Assembly: GCA_036785375.1 (NCBI GenBank)
Contig: JAWMAR010000252.1
Span: 186,001 to 250,000, forward strand
Length of the DNA stretch: 64,000 bases
Reading direction: 5' to 3'
Origin: Leucoraja ocellata
Lineage: Eukaryota
Shown here: piece by piece, positions 1-12,379 of the stretch
Layout of the letters: each line of letters begins with the position of its first letter
How positions within the stretch are numbered: the stretch's first letter is position 1
Position numbers and translations under genes: made by a program
The notes under the pieces: generated by a model
Seen by the model: the letters and a program-made list of their open reading frames with translations, nothing else
Told to the model about the DNA's origin: nothing
The model's database searches: none

Positions 1-445
1 CTCTAGTTTAATTTATTAGTGTCATGTATACTGAGCTATAGGGAAAAGCTTTTGTGTGTGTGTTATCTAGTCAGCGAAAAGACTGTACATGATTACAAAA
101 ATAGCTGTCCAAAGTGTAGAGGTACCGAATAAAGGGTATAATGTTTAGTGCAGGATAAAGTCCAATAAAATCCAAATGAAGATAATTCGAAAGTCTCCAA
201 TGAGGTAGATGGGAGGTTAGAACTGCTTTCTAGCTGGTGAGAGGGTGTTCAGTTACCCAATTACAGATGGGAAGAAACTGTCCCTGAATCTATAGGTATA
301 CATTTTCAAACTTCTGTACCTCTTGCATGATGGCGGAGGAGGGAAGAGGGAGTGGGACTGACTGTTGGTTATGTGGGTGGACTTGCTGAGGCAGCATGAA
401 GTGTAGATGGAGTCAATAGAAGGGAGGCTTGTTTGCATAATAGTC
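1..445 (-). mobile_element. Rex1/Babar-like LINE 3' fragment
   Basis: Encodes RYRSLKMYTYRFRDSFFPSVI (Rex1-type RT C-terminus), followed by a 3' UTR ending in a taaac-like tail. Confidence 0.6.
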
Positions 446-1244
446 AAACCATGCACTGTCCTGCCCTTACTTACCTGAGTAACATAGCCTTAAACTTTAA
501 CCTTTATTGTGCACAAGATGACAACACGTGCCCAAACTTAGCAGGCTGCTTTGTTGTACACATTTGGCTCAGCTGGCTTTCATTTTAATTAGCACAGTGA
601 CCCTGTGGAAGCGATTGCAGCTTTGCTGCCTAATGTAATCGGAACTGGGGTCAGTGGTGACCACAAGGGTCAGTTTTAGCAATTTCTCCTCTGCCCTGGA
701 ATATTTCAGGCCCCAGCAGAAGAGCTTGGACTTCCCCATATGCAAAACCAATAGCATCTTGTGAAACTTCCAAACAACTTTCAGCCACAAAAACATCCAT
801 CACTAGCCAGAGGATAGACACTAAATGCTGGAGTAACTCAATAGGTCAGGCAGCATCTTTGTAGAAATGGGACGGGTAACATTTCAGGTCGAGATCCTTC
901 CTTCCGTGCCCTGTTTTCACAACAGTCCTCCTTCCGTACCCTAAAATTCCTCCATCCAACACTAGCCAGCTTGCTCACCCATTAAAATCAGCCCTACCCC
1001 ATTACTTGGTCAAGAAACAAACTGTTTGGTGTAATATCAAAATGTTTTTAAGGATATAAATCTTTTCTCTGTGCTAAAGCAATAGGACTCACTCTCTAGA
1101 TTTTAGCTATCGGCAGCATTTCACCAGGAAACCAGACTGCAGGTGTTTGATAAGGGAAGGGTATTGATGATCAGTTGATATTTATAAAGAATACAATATA
1201 ATTTCTAAAATCACCCAGCAGTTTGATGTGCAGCATATTCTCAC

Positions 1245-1357
1245 CTGGCTGTGGCTGGCAAGGTGAGAGTATAAGCTGAGGGCACGTTATTTCTGCACTG
1301 GCTCTCACGCTGGTTGATTGGCTGAACCCGAACATGAGCTGTCCAATCCTCAGACGT
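1245..1357 (-). CDS. LAMB4: Laminin beta-4 exon, LF domain (gene continues past left edge)
   Basis: 113 bp, CAG/GTGAG. TSEDWTAHVRVQPINQRESQCRNNVPSAYTLTLPATAR resembles human SAADWTVQ...FALPAATR. Confidence 0.88.
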
Positions 1358-1459
1358 CTGTGTTAGTCGAGAAGAAACATACACAATTATATTACAGATA
1401 TATTTTTGTTCAATGAAATTTAAAAGGAAGAATAGTCAGGAAAACCTGAGTTTTTCAAA

Positions 1460-1690
1460 GCTTGTACGTTCTCCCCGTGACCGCGTGCATTTTCTCAGAG
1501 ATCTTAGGTTTCCTCCCACACTCCAAAGACATAGAGGTTTATAGGTTAATTGGCTTTGGTAAAATTGTAAATTGTCCCTTGTGCGTGTCGGATAGTGTGA
1601 ATGTGCGGGGATCCCTGGTCAGTGTGGACTTGATGGGCCGAAGGGCCTGTTTCCGCGCTATATCTCTAAAGCGAAAATTGAAACTAAATG
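1460..1690 (+). mobile_element. HE1/V-SINE-like SINE, 5'-truncated
   Basis: Core gtacgttctccccgtgaccgcgtg...ttcctcccacactccaaagac and tail gggccgaagggcctgttt. Confidence 0.7.
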
Positions 1691-2109
1691 CTTGAGGTTT
1701 ATAGCAGGAGCAAAGACTGAGGGAGGTCTGAACTAATAGAGTTTTGACACATTTAATGGTGGGTAAATGGAACAAACTGCCATTCCAGGATACTACAGTA
1801 AAATTATAAGGTTTAAAATGCACGTAGACGGGTATAAGGATAGTAAATATTTAGAGGGATACGAGCCAAATACAGGCAACTGGGACTAGCTTAATTAGAC
1901 ATGGGAAGTTGGACCAAAGGGCCTGTTTCCATGCTGCATAATTTGATAAGTCTACAACTCTATGTTACTGGCTGGGAGTGTGGGGAATAAGATGATCTGA
2001 GTACTATAAACAGACAACATTTAGAAATAGGCAGGGAAGAGGAAAGCATACTAGTGTTTTGAGTAAATATCTATGATTCTTGAGAAGGGGCAGAAGGAAT
2101 ATGAACAAC

Positions 2110-2447
2110 AGGAAAAATGTTCCCAATGTTGGGCGAGTTCAGAACCAGGGGCCCCAGTCTTAGAAAAAAAGGGGCGGTCATTTAAGACTGAGGTGAGAAA
2201 AAACTTTTTCACCCAGAGAGTTGTGAATTTATGGAATTCCCTGCCACAGAGGGCAGTGGAGGTCAAGTCACTGGATGGATTTAAGAGAGAGTTAGATAGA
2301 GCTCTAGGGGCTAGTGGAGTCAAGGGATATGGGGAGAAGGCAGACCCGGGTTATTGATAGGGGACGATCAGCCATGATCACAATGAATGGTGGTGCTGGC
2401 TCGAAGGGCCGAATGTCCTCCTCCTGCACCTATTTTCTATGTTTTTA
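2110..2447 (+). mobile_element. CR1-type LINE 3' end
   Basis: FKTEVRKNFFTQRVVNLWNSLPQRAVE motif plus the typical 3' UTR ending ttttctatg. Confidence 0.8.
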
Positions 2448-2601
2448 TGAGGTAGGAATTTGGCATTTGTTTTCCCAAATGTAGGAGAAAATTGGGAGCA
2501 GATTCAAGGTTTGGGTAGATGTGAATCTGATCAGCAACGAATGATGTTGGATACTACTGGGAATGTGTACGCTGAAATACATTGTTCTGTGCGTAAATTA
2601 C

Positions 2602-2781
2602 CTCTGTCTCATAGCGAATGGCAGCTGTGAAATCCACTGGGTATGGAATATTATCCACTCTAAACCGCAGTCCTGTTCCATGGGGTACACGGGCAAATCC
2701 CAGGCCAGTCCAGGTAGCCGGCCGATCAGGTGTAGCTTCCCTAGGAATAATCTGCACCTGGAAATCTGGATTCACTGTTTG
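2602..2781 (-). CDS. LAMB4: Laminin beta-4 exon, LF domain
   Basis: 180 bp, TAG/GTAAT. QTVNPDFQVQIIPREATPDRPATWTGLGFARV...NIPYPVDFTAAIRYETE. Confidence 0.93.
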
Positions 2782-3208
2782 CTAAAGGAAACGGAAACAT
2801 TGCCAAAATAGATTAATTATTCCCTATAATATCCTGAGAGAGCATCTCTCAGGATTTAAAAACAAACATTCTCCACAAAGCCTTTACCTTAAGCATAAAT
2901 TAAAGAGAACTGCAAATAGTTTGACCAGACACTGATGATCTTCAAGTGGTCAGTCGGGTCTGATAGGCCCTTGCATCTATAGTGCACTCCTCGCAGACAG
3001 GATGATACAAATAAAATGCCTATACATGGAATCAGGGGAGAAGATTGTAAAACATTGGATGTGAAATGAAATATGTGGTCACAGAGGAGGAACTTGAAGA
3101 GGATTTTGAAAGAGAGAATGGTGACAAGATAGAGACCTCTAGGGCAGAAATCTCCATTGGGGTAATAAGGAGGCACTTTGTTCTAAGACCACAAATTTTC
3201 TCATGACA

Positions 3209-3438
3209 GTTTCTTGAGTGTGGAATTCTCTGCCTCAGAGGGCGGTGAAGGCGGGTTCTCTGGATGCTTTCAAGAGAGAGCTAGATAGGGCTTTTAAGAA
3301 TAGCGGAGTCAGGGGATATGGGGAGAAGGCAGGAACGGGGTACTGATTGGGGATGATCAGCCATGATCACATTGAATGGTGGTGCTGACTCGAAGGGCCG
3401 AATGGCCTACTCCTGCACCTAATGTCTATTGTCTATTG
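3209..3438 (+). mobile_element. CR1-type LINE 3' end
   Basis: tggaattctctgcctcagagggcgg...gaagggccgaatggcctactcctgcacc with a (gtctatt)n tail. Confidence 0.75.
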
Positions 3439-3439
3439 A

Positions 3440-4280
3440 GGAGGCCCAGATATTGGTGCCTTGACTGTCACTTTAATGTAATTGGCCCATGAAAGATCAT
3501 TGGTCGTTTTAACTCCAAGGAACTTGAAGTTCTCAACTAATTCCACTTCATCACCACACTACGCTTCCTGAGATCGATAACTACCTCCTTCATCTTGCTG
3601 ACATTGAGGAAAAGGCGGTTGTTCTGACACCATGCTATGAAGTTGACAATCTCCTTTCTGTACTCACTCTCTTCAACGTTTGTGATCCGTCCCACCACAG
3701 CATTGTTATCTGCAAACTCATAGATGGGGTTAGGTTGCACAGTCGTGATTGTTCAGTGAGTATAGTCGGGGCCTATAAACACATCTTTGTGGGGCGCAGG
3801 TGTTGGGAATTATTGTGGAGGATGTGATCCACCGTTCCTCACTGAATGTGGGTCAATAAGTCGAGGATCCAGTGAGGGAGGGGGTGCTGATTCCTAGGTC
3901 CAGCAGTTTGTAGATTAGTTTTTGTTGGGATTATGCTGTAGAAGGCAGAGTTACAGCCAATAAATAGGAGTCTGAGATAGGTATCCATCTTTAGATGTTC
4001 CAGGGATGAGCTTAGGGCCATGGAGCCAGCATCTGCTGTGGACCTGTTGCAATATGCCGTGGATAAAAGTTATCTGGGAGGATGGAATTAATGTGGACCA
4101 TCACAAATGTCTTGAAGCACTTCATGATGGTGGATGAGATACCCCCTGGACAATAGTCATGAAGTCTCGGTACCATATTTCTCTTTGACACCGGATGATG
4201 GTGAACGTCTGGAAGCAGGTGGACTACTCAGAATTGAATTGTAAGAGGTTAAAGTTGCCTGTGAACACCTCTGCCAACTC
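3440..4280 (-). mobile_element. Rex1/Babar-like LINE RT fragment, degenerate
   Basis: FADNNAVVGRITNVEESEYRKE...WCQNNRLFLNVSKMKEVVIDLRK and YLRLLFI..SAFYSIIP motifs. Confidence 0.75.
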
Positions 4281-4498
4281 AATTTGAATTTTGATAAATC
4301 CTTGAATTTGTCTCTTGTGGCTTATGACGTAATTTAAACTATTTAACTGTGACTAGTCGGCTACTTAGACAAGTGGAAACCAGACAGGCAATCTGATTCC
4401 TATGTTTTTCCATAAAAAACACTGCTGAGGGTATTTACATGATTGTATTATCATCTGTGAGATTTTTACACCAGGAAAGCTATTGAAACTCAGCCTAC

Positions 4499-4627
4499 CC
4501 TCTTCCTCTGATGCCTCAAATGACGTTTAGCAATCCTTTGAAGTATCAGTCTGCCTTCATCCACCCGATAGTTGTAGCCTTGCTGCCGTAAATACTCATC
4601 ACATGACGGCATAGATGTTGGCCTCAC
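4499..4627 (-). CDS. LAMB4: Laminin beta-4 insert exon with polybasic C-terminus
   Basis: Strong acceptor tttcttttctcag| and donor |gtaggc, 129 bp, phase 0-0, stop-free: VRPTSMPSCDEYLRQQGYNYRVDEGRLILQRIAKRHLRHQRKR. Confidence 0.82.
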
Positions 4628-4722
4628 CTGAGAAAAGAAACTAATTTTATCATCTGGGGAACTAAAGCGTTTTGACCAGTAGATTAATTCACTCAGAGAA
4701 ATGTTTTATTGCTCCCACTACT

Positions 4723-5021
4723 GGGGCGGCACGGTGGCACAGCGGTAGAGTTGCTGCCTTACAGCGCCAGAGACCCATGTTCGATCCCGACTATGGGTGC
4801 TGTCTGTATGGAGTTTGTACATTCTCCTCATGCCCGCTTGGGTTTCCCCCGGGTGCTCCGGTTTCCTTCCACAGTCCAAAGATGTGCAGGTTAACTGGGT
4901 TTGGTAAAAATTGTAAATTGTCACTGGTGTGTAGGAGAGGGGTAGTGGATGGAGATCACTAATCAAGTGATCGGCACGGATTCGGTGGGTTGAAGGGCAC
5001 ACGTTGTACCTCTAAACTAAA
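4723..5021 (+). mobile_element. tRNA-derived SINE (HE1/V-SINE-like), near full length
   Basis: tRNA-like head (A box tggcacagcgg, B box gttcgatccc), conserved V-like core, ctaaa tail. Confidence 0.85.
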
Positions 5022-5763
5022 CCAGAGATAACTATCAAAACATGAGGTCAAATGATCGTGAGTGGAATTTGACCTCCACAACATGTGCATTTAGTACTTT
5101 TAACCTTCACGATTCTTTGCACAAATAGAGTAACTCTCAAATCCATATTATATAATTATTCCAATTATTATGTCAACATTTTGCAATTCACATCTGATGA
5201 ACCTATGCAAGTGTAATTTCATTCTAATTCTGGAAGTACAGAATGTCCTGCATTAATAACATAGCAGAATGGCATGAGAAGCAAACAGCTAAGGTAAAAC
5301 CTGGGGACAAAGAGATAAAATGCAGCACAGACAAATGGAATTTGATTATCTTTTTTTATATATACCAAAAAATGACACCTTTTAAAATGAAATGTATAAT
5401 TTCATTACCCATCAAAACCTTCAATAGAGGCACAAGAGACTGTAGGTGCTATAATCTGGAGCAAAAAAAAAAACTGCTGGAGGAACTCGGGGGGCTAAGC
5501 AGCATGTGTGGAGGCAGAGGGATGGCCAATGTTTGAGGACCTATATTTCAGGCAGGGAAGATCTATTTTCCCTCAGGATAGTTTTGTTATCTTAATGGAC
5601 AGTGTTAGAATAAAGCATGTGCCATTATTCTATGGCCCCCTCTAGTTAGGTGACAGTACAAGGAGTCAAGATGGCGCAAATCCAAGATTAAGTTTCTTTG
5701 CAGCTGCTTGATACAGATATTATCCAAAAAAAAACCAGACTAAGATATTTCAGAGGTACAAAC

Positions 5764-5917
5764 CACGAAGGAAGCGCTGTTGCCTAATGGTTGTGCAAAC
5801 TCAGCTTCGTACAAGTAGTAATCCAGCGGAGGGAAAAAGTAACCAGGTGCTGGTTCATTACACTGGAGGCTGATGATGTTGGGTAGACACCGACATTGTC
5901 CATCTTGCTGGGAACAA
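5764..5917 (-). CDS. LAMB4: Laminin beta-4 exon, LE5 and start of LF (domain IV)
   Basis: 154 bp, CAG acceptor. [51 protein letters not shown]; the donor GTG|GTTTGT was chosen on phase compatibility. Confidence 0.88.
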
Positions 5918-6139
5918 CTGCAGAACACAAACAATATGTTTCAGCTCACAGCAGTGGAAAGACCAGACTCCACAGAGCAATGCTACATCCTTTTCAGCTG
6001 CTTCAATTATTCGTGCAAAAATCTGTATTATGAAGTTTGCTACAAATTTCTTTATTTTTACCATTTCAGACATTAAATCCAATTTCTGAAAATATCTATT
6101 CTAGTCAAATAAACACATCTCAGTACTCCTGGACTAGGA

Positions 6140-6860
6140 GTCAACACCCCTCTCTGCAAATGCAATTTTGTAATCCTGATCCCTGGGATTACAATCAATG
6201 AAGATAAACATCAAAACATCAACCACAAAAATTCTCAACACCAGTGCCGTGCAAGGATGCATCCTCCACTATATTTCCTGTACATACACAACTATACAGC
6301 CACAATTTGCTCTAACACCAGTTACAAGTTTTCAGATGACAGTGGGCCAGATCTTGAACAATGACGAGATGGGAGTACAAGAAGGAGGTAGAGAGCTTAG
6401 TCACATGGAGTCAAGACAACCACCAGTCCCTCAAAGCCAGAGAGAGGAAGGAGTGAGCCATTGACTGGTACTGATTGAGGATGATTGACTGGGGTACTGA
6501 TTATGGATGATCAGCCATGATCACATTGAATGGCGGTGCTGGCTCAAAGGGCCTACTCCTGCACCTATTGTCTATTGACTCTAGGAAACAGGGTAGTGTA
6601 CACCGTCCACTCGGCATCAATGGTGTTGAAATGGAGCATCAAGCTCCTGGACATAAATATCACCAAATATTTGTCCTGGACCAACTACACCAAAGCTAGG
6701 CCAAGAAAACACAACTAAGAGAGTTTGGAATGTCTTAAATGACCCTTACCAACCTTCACTATTGAAAGCATCCTATCAGGATGCATCATAGCTTATTTTG
6801 GCAATAACTCTGCCTAAGTGTGAGTAATTACAGAGAGTTGTGGATGTAGCCCACCCAGTT
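6140..6860 (+). mobile_element. Rex1-like LINE fragment with a nested CR1 3' end (about 6465-6580)
   Basis: ILNTSAVQGCIL and VGQILNNDE remnants; CR1 tail gatcagccatgatcacattgaatggcgg inside it. Confidence 0.6.
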
Positions 6861-7256
6861 AATGTAAAGCAATCTAACTGGTTTCCCCTGTCCTCTCCCC
6901 ATTGCACCACAAATTCTCAAATAATTGCTCAGCTCCCAATTGAGCACCAGGCAATTGAATCTGCCTCCACTGCTAATTCAGCATGTATCCCAGATCTCCT
7001 TCATTCTATGCCCTCCAGTTTCTTGAGCTCTCTGACAATGGAAAATGTGTATTTCTATTCACTCTTTTTCTTAACATTTCATAAATTTAAGGACTAGCTT
7101 CAGGTTCTGCCTCATCTTCCACTTTTTTTAGTCCAATCATTTTTAGCCTCTGAATAACTAAAGTTCCTATCTTTGCAATAATTTCAGTAAACATCTCTGA
7201 AACCTCCATATTTTCCCTTCAGCATAGCATCCAGAACTGAATGTAATTACATGGAT

Positions 7257-7460
7257 ACATAGATACATAGACAATAGGCGCAGGAGTAGGCCATTTGGCC
7301 CTTCGAGCCAGCACCGCCATTCAATGTGATCATGGCTGATCATCCACAATCAGTACCCCATTCCTGCCTTATCCCCATACCCCTTGATGCCGCTAGCCCT
7401 AAGAGCTCTATCTAACTCTCTTTTGAATGCATCCAGTGAATCGGCCTCCACTGCCTTCTA
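7257..7460 (-). mobile_element. CR1 3' end
   Basis: Reverse complement of the CR1 3' UTR seen at 2250-2447. Confidence 0.75.
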
Positions 7461-8182
7461 TAAAGGTTTATCACAATTCCCATATTCTTGTACTATGTAC
7501 CTCTATGCTTTTTGTAACCTACCTTTTGAAACCGCTCTACCACATCCAACAAAATATGTACATATTTTGCATATCTTTTTGTTCTTCTATCCCTTTTAAA
7601 ATGCTGTCCCCTGGTGTATATTGCCTCTTCAAATTCTTCCTCTTAAAATGTAACGTCAATCATTTTTCTGCATTAGATTTCACCAGCCACCCACCAGCCT
7701 CACTGCATCTACTTCAAAATTATCAGTTTCCTTCTTATAGCTGACTATGCTTCCGGATTTTATGCCAACAGCATGTTGGCCAGTAGATCCTAGTCCAAGA
7801 CCTGAATGCACATTACGAAAAGCAGTGGTATTGACCATGAGGGAACTATTTTGTACACTGTCTTTCTATCACTACAACTCTCCAAAAGCCAATTTTCTAT
7901 CCATGCTGCTGTGCCCCTTATAATTTTATGTGCTTCCATCATGATCACAAGCCTCTTCACTGGCATCTTATCAAATGAGTTTGGATGTCTACATGTACCA
8001 CATCACTCCATTTCTCTCATTGTTCCTCTCTGTACTTCATCGAACAGTTAAAAGGATGCGATTTACATTTAGCATGCTCAAATTAATGTACAATTGTGAT
8101 CAGAGGTTCAATCTCTGATCAAACTTTACTTCAGCTGGGCTAGTCTGTAAGGACCAGAAACATTGCCAAGAATTATACTTAC

Positions 8183-8262
8183 ATATTATCATAGGCCCCT
8201 CCAATGTCACAGTCACAGGGGGAACAACCATAGAGACTATTGCCAAGTCCCCAGTAGTTCGG
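8183..8262 (-). CDS. LAMB4: Laminin beta-4 exon, LE4/LE5
   Basis: 80 bp, TAG/GTAAGT. PNYWGLGNSLYGCSPCDCDIGGAYDN; not in the ORF track. Confidence 0.93.
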
Positions 8263-8802
8263 CTATGACAAAATACAAAAATACATTAGAAGTTGCTTTG
8301 AACAAACTTTCACATGATAATATAAGTACTTATTGTAAGCCTGATATCTCAGTCATCCTTTGTTGTGAACCTGGATCTCCTCCATGTAGGTATTGTGTTC
8401 CTAGAAAGGTGTCCATTACGTGATTTTGTGCAACATGAACCTTTGACAAAAATTGAGAAAATTTGTTGTTTCTGACACATTTAGTGTTTTGTTATTTTTC
8501 TCTCACATATATTCCTTGAGAGCAAATTTTTATTCCGTATCTCAGATTTGTTGGTGGTGAATTGTGAATTGTGTATTGGGATTTGTACCAATATCATTAC
8601 CCAATCTGTTGTAGTGTGGGAGTGCACCATATGAGGATTGCGTCGCAGAGCTTTGCTTGTACTTAAACAACAAGGAGGCATTTGGTGATGTAATGAATTA
8701 TATTGCAATGCACCAGAAGATTGCTTCCGAAGGTTTCACTCATGGTATAACAATGAATGTTTGGAGACATTTGGTAAGACTAAAGATTGTATTGTAACGT
8801 AC

Positions 8803-8915
8803 CAGACACTGATCACAATTCCTTCCAATGGCAGTTCGTTGACACTGGCACTCTCCAGTGACTGGGTCACAGGCCGAGTGTGTTAACACACTGCCCCTGG
8901 GATCACACCCACAAT
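8803..8915 (-). CDS. LAMB4: Laminin beta-4 exon, LE4
   Basis: 113 bp, CAG/GTACG. CGCDPRGSVLTHSACDPVTGECQCQRTAIGRNCDQCL. Confidence 0.93.
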
Positions 8916-11408
8916 CTGAAAACAGAGTCAAAATCCCTTTCCTGTTAAACTCCAATTATCCATTTGCATTAACGATCTATACAAAAACCCCAAAGAATTT
9001 ACTGGCTCTGCCATTAGTTCTCCACTCAATATTATCTCGTGATTCTTGGTCATCCGTTGCTTTGAAGCTCATTAATAAAATTTTAACCAGCTGTTCTTTG
9101 CGACTGCTGCAAGTTCAGTGCCATCTCGTGACTCGTGCTTTGATACCATGGCACCATACATAGAGTGCCTGCTGTAACTTCCCAGCTCATTAGAGAGAGG
9201 ATGGAAAAGTGCACAGTGTGGCCATGCATTCAAGTCTGGAAGAGGGAGGTATTCCTGGGAGAGGCAATTAGGAGAGCCCTCCTGCTCCTTTTCTTTCCAT
9301 TTCTCCACTCAACGAATCGCAGAACAATTCCTTGGTTGTGCTTTAAACAGCCACAGTGGCCTCCCTAAGAACCACATATTTTGTCACATTACCCCTGTCA
9401 GAGCATGTGCAGCACACAAACTCCACCAATTTACGCCTCAAAGGTTTGTTTAGATACTATATAATTTTCATCTGTCATCATTCACTGCACCAAGCATATA
9501 ATTACATTTTCTTCCAATATTTACATTACGTTAGAAAGGCACCAATTATTCATTACAAAACATCCCATAGGCAAATGCATTGGAGAACCAATTCATCAGT
9601 ATCCAATGAAGAGATGCCTTTAAATAATGGGCTCTATCCATTGACACCTCACAGTTACTCCATCAAGCTTCACGTTGCCCTTGACCCATCGAATGTGTTG
9701 GGTTGCAGACAACCCCTTGCACGGGAAGACCACCCCAAGTTTTATGCAGATCAAAATGAATATTTCCCTGAGTTTAATCTTTCAGCAGCAGCCAATGTGT
9801 CTTAGTGTCTGATCCTGGGAATGGCTCTTGGAGCATACAATTCCAGGTTATGCAGCTGCTTAGGATGGAGGTTCAGCCTATGCCCTTCCTGACCTCATTG
9901 GTAAACACACACATGAGAGTGATCCAGGTAATGGTCTCATATGCAGCACAGCCACCTCGTGGGCAATGTCCATTTGGATTAGGACTCTGGCTGTGATTGT
10001 AGGATTCGACATAAAGTTCCCCGCCTCACCAGAAACCAAGCCAGGTCTTGGCACTTTTTTAAAAGTTCTGGCAATGAGATGTTTTACCGAATGACAGTCA
10101 ATCTGCTTGGAGTATCATTCAACAAGAGCCAAAGTCTCTTTTTCTCGCTGGGCCAAGGGATGAATGTCTTATGATCAGAAGTGCTTTTCTCTAGTTTTAT
10201 TATTAGAGCTAGATGGTGTGACATTGTCCAACTGAATAGAATGTGCATGGCAACAAGGCTGCACTCACCCTTCACCGGATAGGAGACAGGTATGGCCTGA
10301 GGACATCATAAAGCCTGTCCACGTCATAGAGCCTCACCACATCCAGCAACATGGTCAACTCTACACCCCTGTTGACGAGGTTGTTTCGTGCAAGAAAGAG
10401 GGTGAACCTCTTTCCCATTCACAATTTCTGGGTCATCTTGGCTGAGCCTTTCACCTAGTCACTAGCTGCAGTATGCTTTAAGAAACATTATTTGCAGCTT
10501 ACCACACTGGTACCTCGCTAAGCGCTGAGGGCATGTGCCAGGTCAAGGGCACCAATAGATTCAGTGTTAAAGTGGTAATTGTGGCACTATGTAGAGAGAG
10601 ATGTTTTACTAGCAGCACTGGCAAGGGCTTCTGCCCTCCCTGGTTGGTGCCAAGCTTTGCTCTGCAAGGAAGATGACATGAATCCCTGCTCACCACTCAC
10701 ACTCGCAGTGGGTCACCCATGGGTTGGTGTTTAGAGATTAGCTTCAAGGGATGGTTTTGGGTGAGCTGGGGGCGAGTGTTTTCTCATCCCACCTAAGACC
10801 ACCCTCACAGGCATTCTGTGCACACCATGCCATGGGCTATTTTGTGCTGTTGGAGCAAGGGAACAGATTCCTGGCGCAGTGCCACACTACCCAAGCAGAT
10901 ATCTTTTTAATAATACAATAGATATTCTTAGCTGTGAATGTTCATACTCAAGGATCAAGAGCCATGTACTGAATGAGCACTCAGTGGAGTGGCTCTAAGC
11001 ATGGTGCTAGTGCAAGTAAAGCACCTGGCTATCATTACTCCCATACTTAGAAAAACTCCCCTACCACACACACTTGGTCAACACATAAATTGTTAAGCAA
11101 ACTGTCTTCCACCTCTAACGCATCTGTTGAACATTTGTTCCCATTTTGATTATTCTACTTCTACTTTCTAAATTTGCAACAAACTGGCCTGACTTTGGGC
11201 AGAGATTTTTGTGTGTACGCGCGTGTGTGTGTGCATGTGTGTGCTTGTCTGTTTATGTGGACAGTTAGAAGGACTGCATATATTCAATTTTTAATCCAAG
11301 ATTAGCGGACTGTACAGATTGTTAAAGAGAAGAAATGCTAGGGGTCAAGAAGATTTTATTCAATTTCTTTCTACGGAACTGCAGTTGTGTCAAGATAGTC
11401 ATTTATAG

Positions 11409-12379
11409 TGTAAGTTATTGGGGCAAATCCTCCAAAATCATGGAAGAACTCGGATAAGGACATGGACATTTTAAAAAAGACAAATTTGCTGGCTGCAACG
11501 AAAAAAAACCCCAATCCACAAACCTGTCTGGCATGTGGACTTTGGCATCAAACAACTGTGCGAATTGGGGTGGACAGGAACGGCTGAGACGGAGATAACG
11601 AGATTATCTTGGATACACAAAGGAAGGAACCAAGCCTCAGCAGACGGTGGTAAACAGGCCAGCCCAAGCTCAATCACCATCTTGGATGACCCATCCATCG
11701 AGACAATAGGAGCCCGTCCAGGCGATGGGATAACGATCAGGCTGAGGGATCATGACATCAGCAAACCCCTTATCATCGGATGCCTATTGTTCATGCCAGA
11801 TCGAAACTGGGAATCATCAAAAGAACCCTTTTCATCCAGAGGACCACCTGGAAGCTCAGGTATAAAACAGAAGTCAAGCCAGAACTCTTTCTCTTTCTTT
11901 CTGCCCTGCTGGACGGCTCGTGAGCCCAAACTGTAAGTACCCCAGTGACCTGGTGAAATTCCCGAAATAGTATAGAGGTTAAGAAAATATAGGGGGTAAA
12001 ATTGTGTAAAGTAAGTTTTACGACGTGCCCGATAGTTTTCCGTCCACAGTCTTAGTTTAAAGCATAAGTTTAGCTACGTATTATGTAGTGTTGGTGAGAT
12101 TCGATTTCTCATTGTTTAATAAAGCCTGTAAATTTTAGACTTGCTTTGAGTCCATCTTGGTTTCTGTTTTCTCTCATCAGCACACTCTGGTCAATTCAAC
12201 CTTTTATCATATCCCACCATAATTCCGAGGTCTAGAACCTAGGGGAATCCCTTTTGTTGTATTCTCTCTCTTGGAAACCGCTCAAGTGGAGTGGTGGCCG
12301 TTTGACCCTCTGACAAGGGAGAGAATAACTCGGGCAGTTGGGCCCAAAGTGAAATAAAGGGAAAGGCAAAACCCCTACA
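11409..12379 (+). mobile_element. Solo LTR of the env-bearing element at 58761-64000
   Basis: TGTAAG...CCTACA termini, 4-bp TSD ATAG on both sides, TATAAAA at 11861, AATAAA at 12118. Near-identical in reverse complement to 58761-59752. Confidence 0.93.

Noticed and set aside
4723-4795. tRNA gene
   Set aside because: tRNA-derived SINE head continuing into SINE core; no full cloverleaf.
9000-11200. Possible decayed transposon or Gypsy coding sequence
   Set aside because: No motif I could identify with confidence; the ORFs are short and uninformative.
11535-11936. 133-aa ORF in the LTR U3 (also 59186-59593) as an accessory gene
   Set aside because: Starts are non-ATG and differ between copies, and the frames diverge at the ends. 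It could only be revived by dN/dS evidence across many LTRs.
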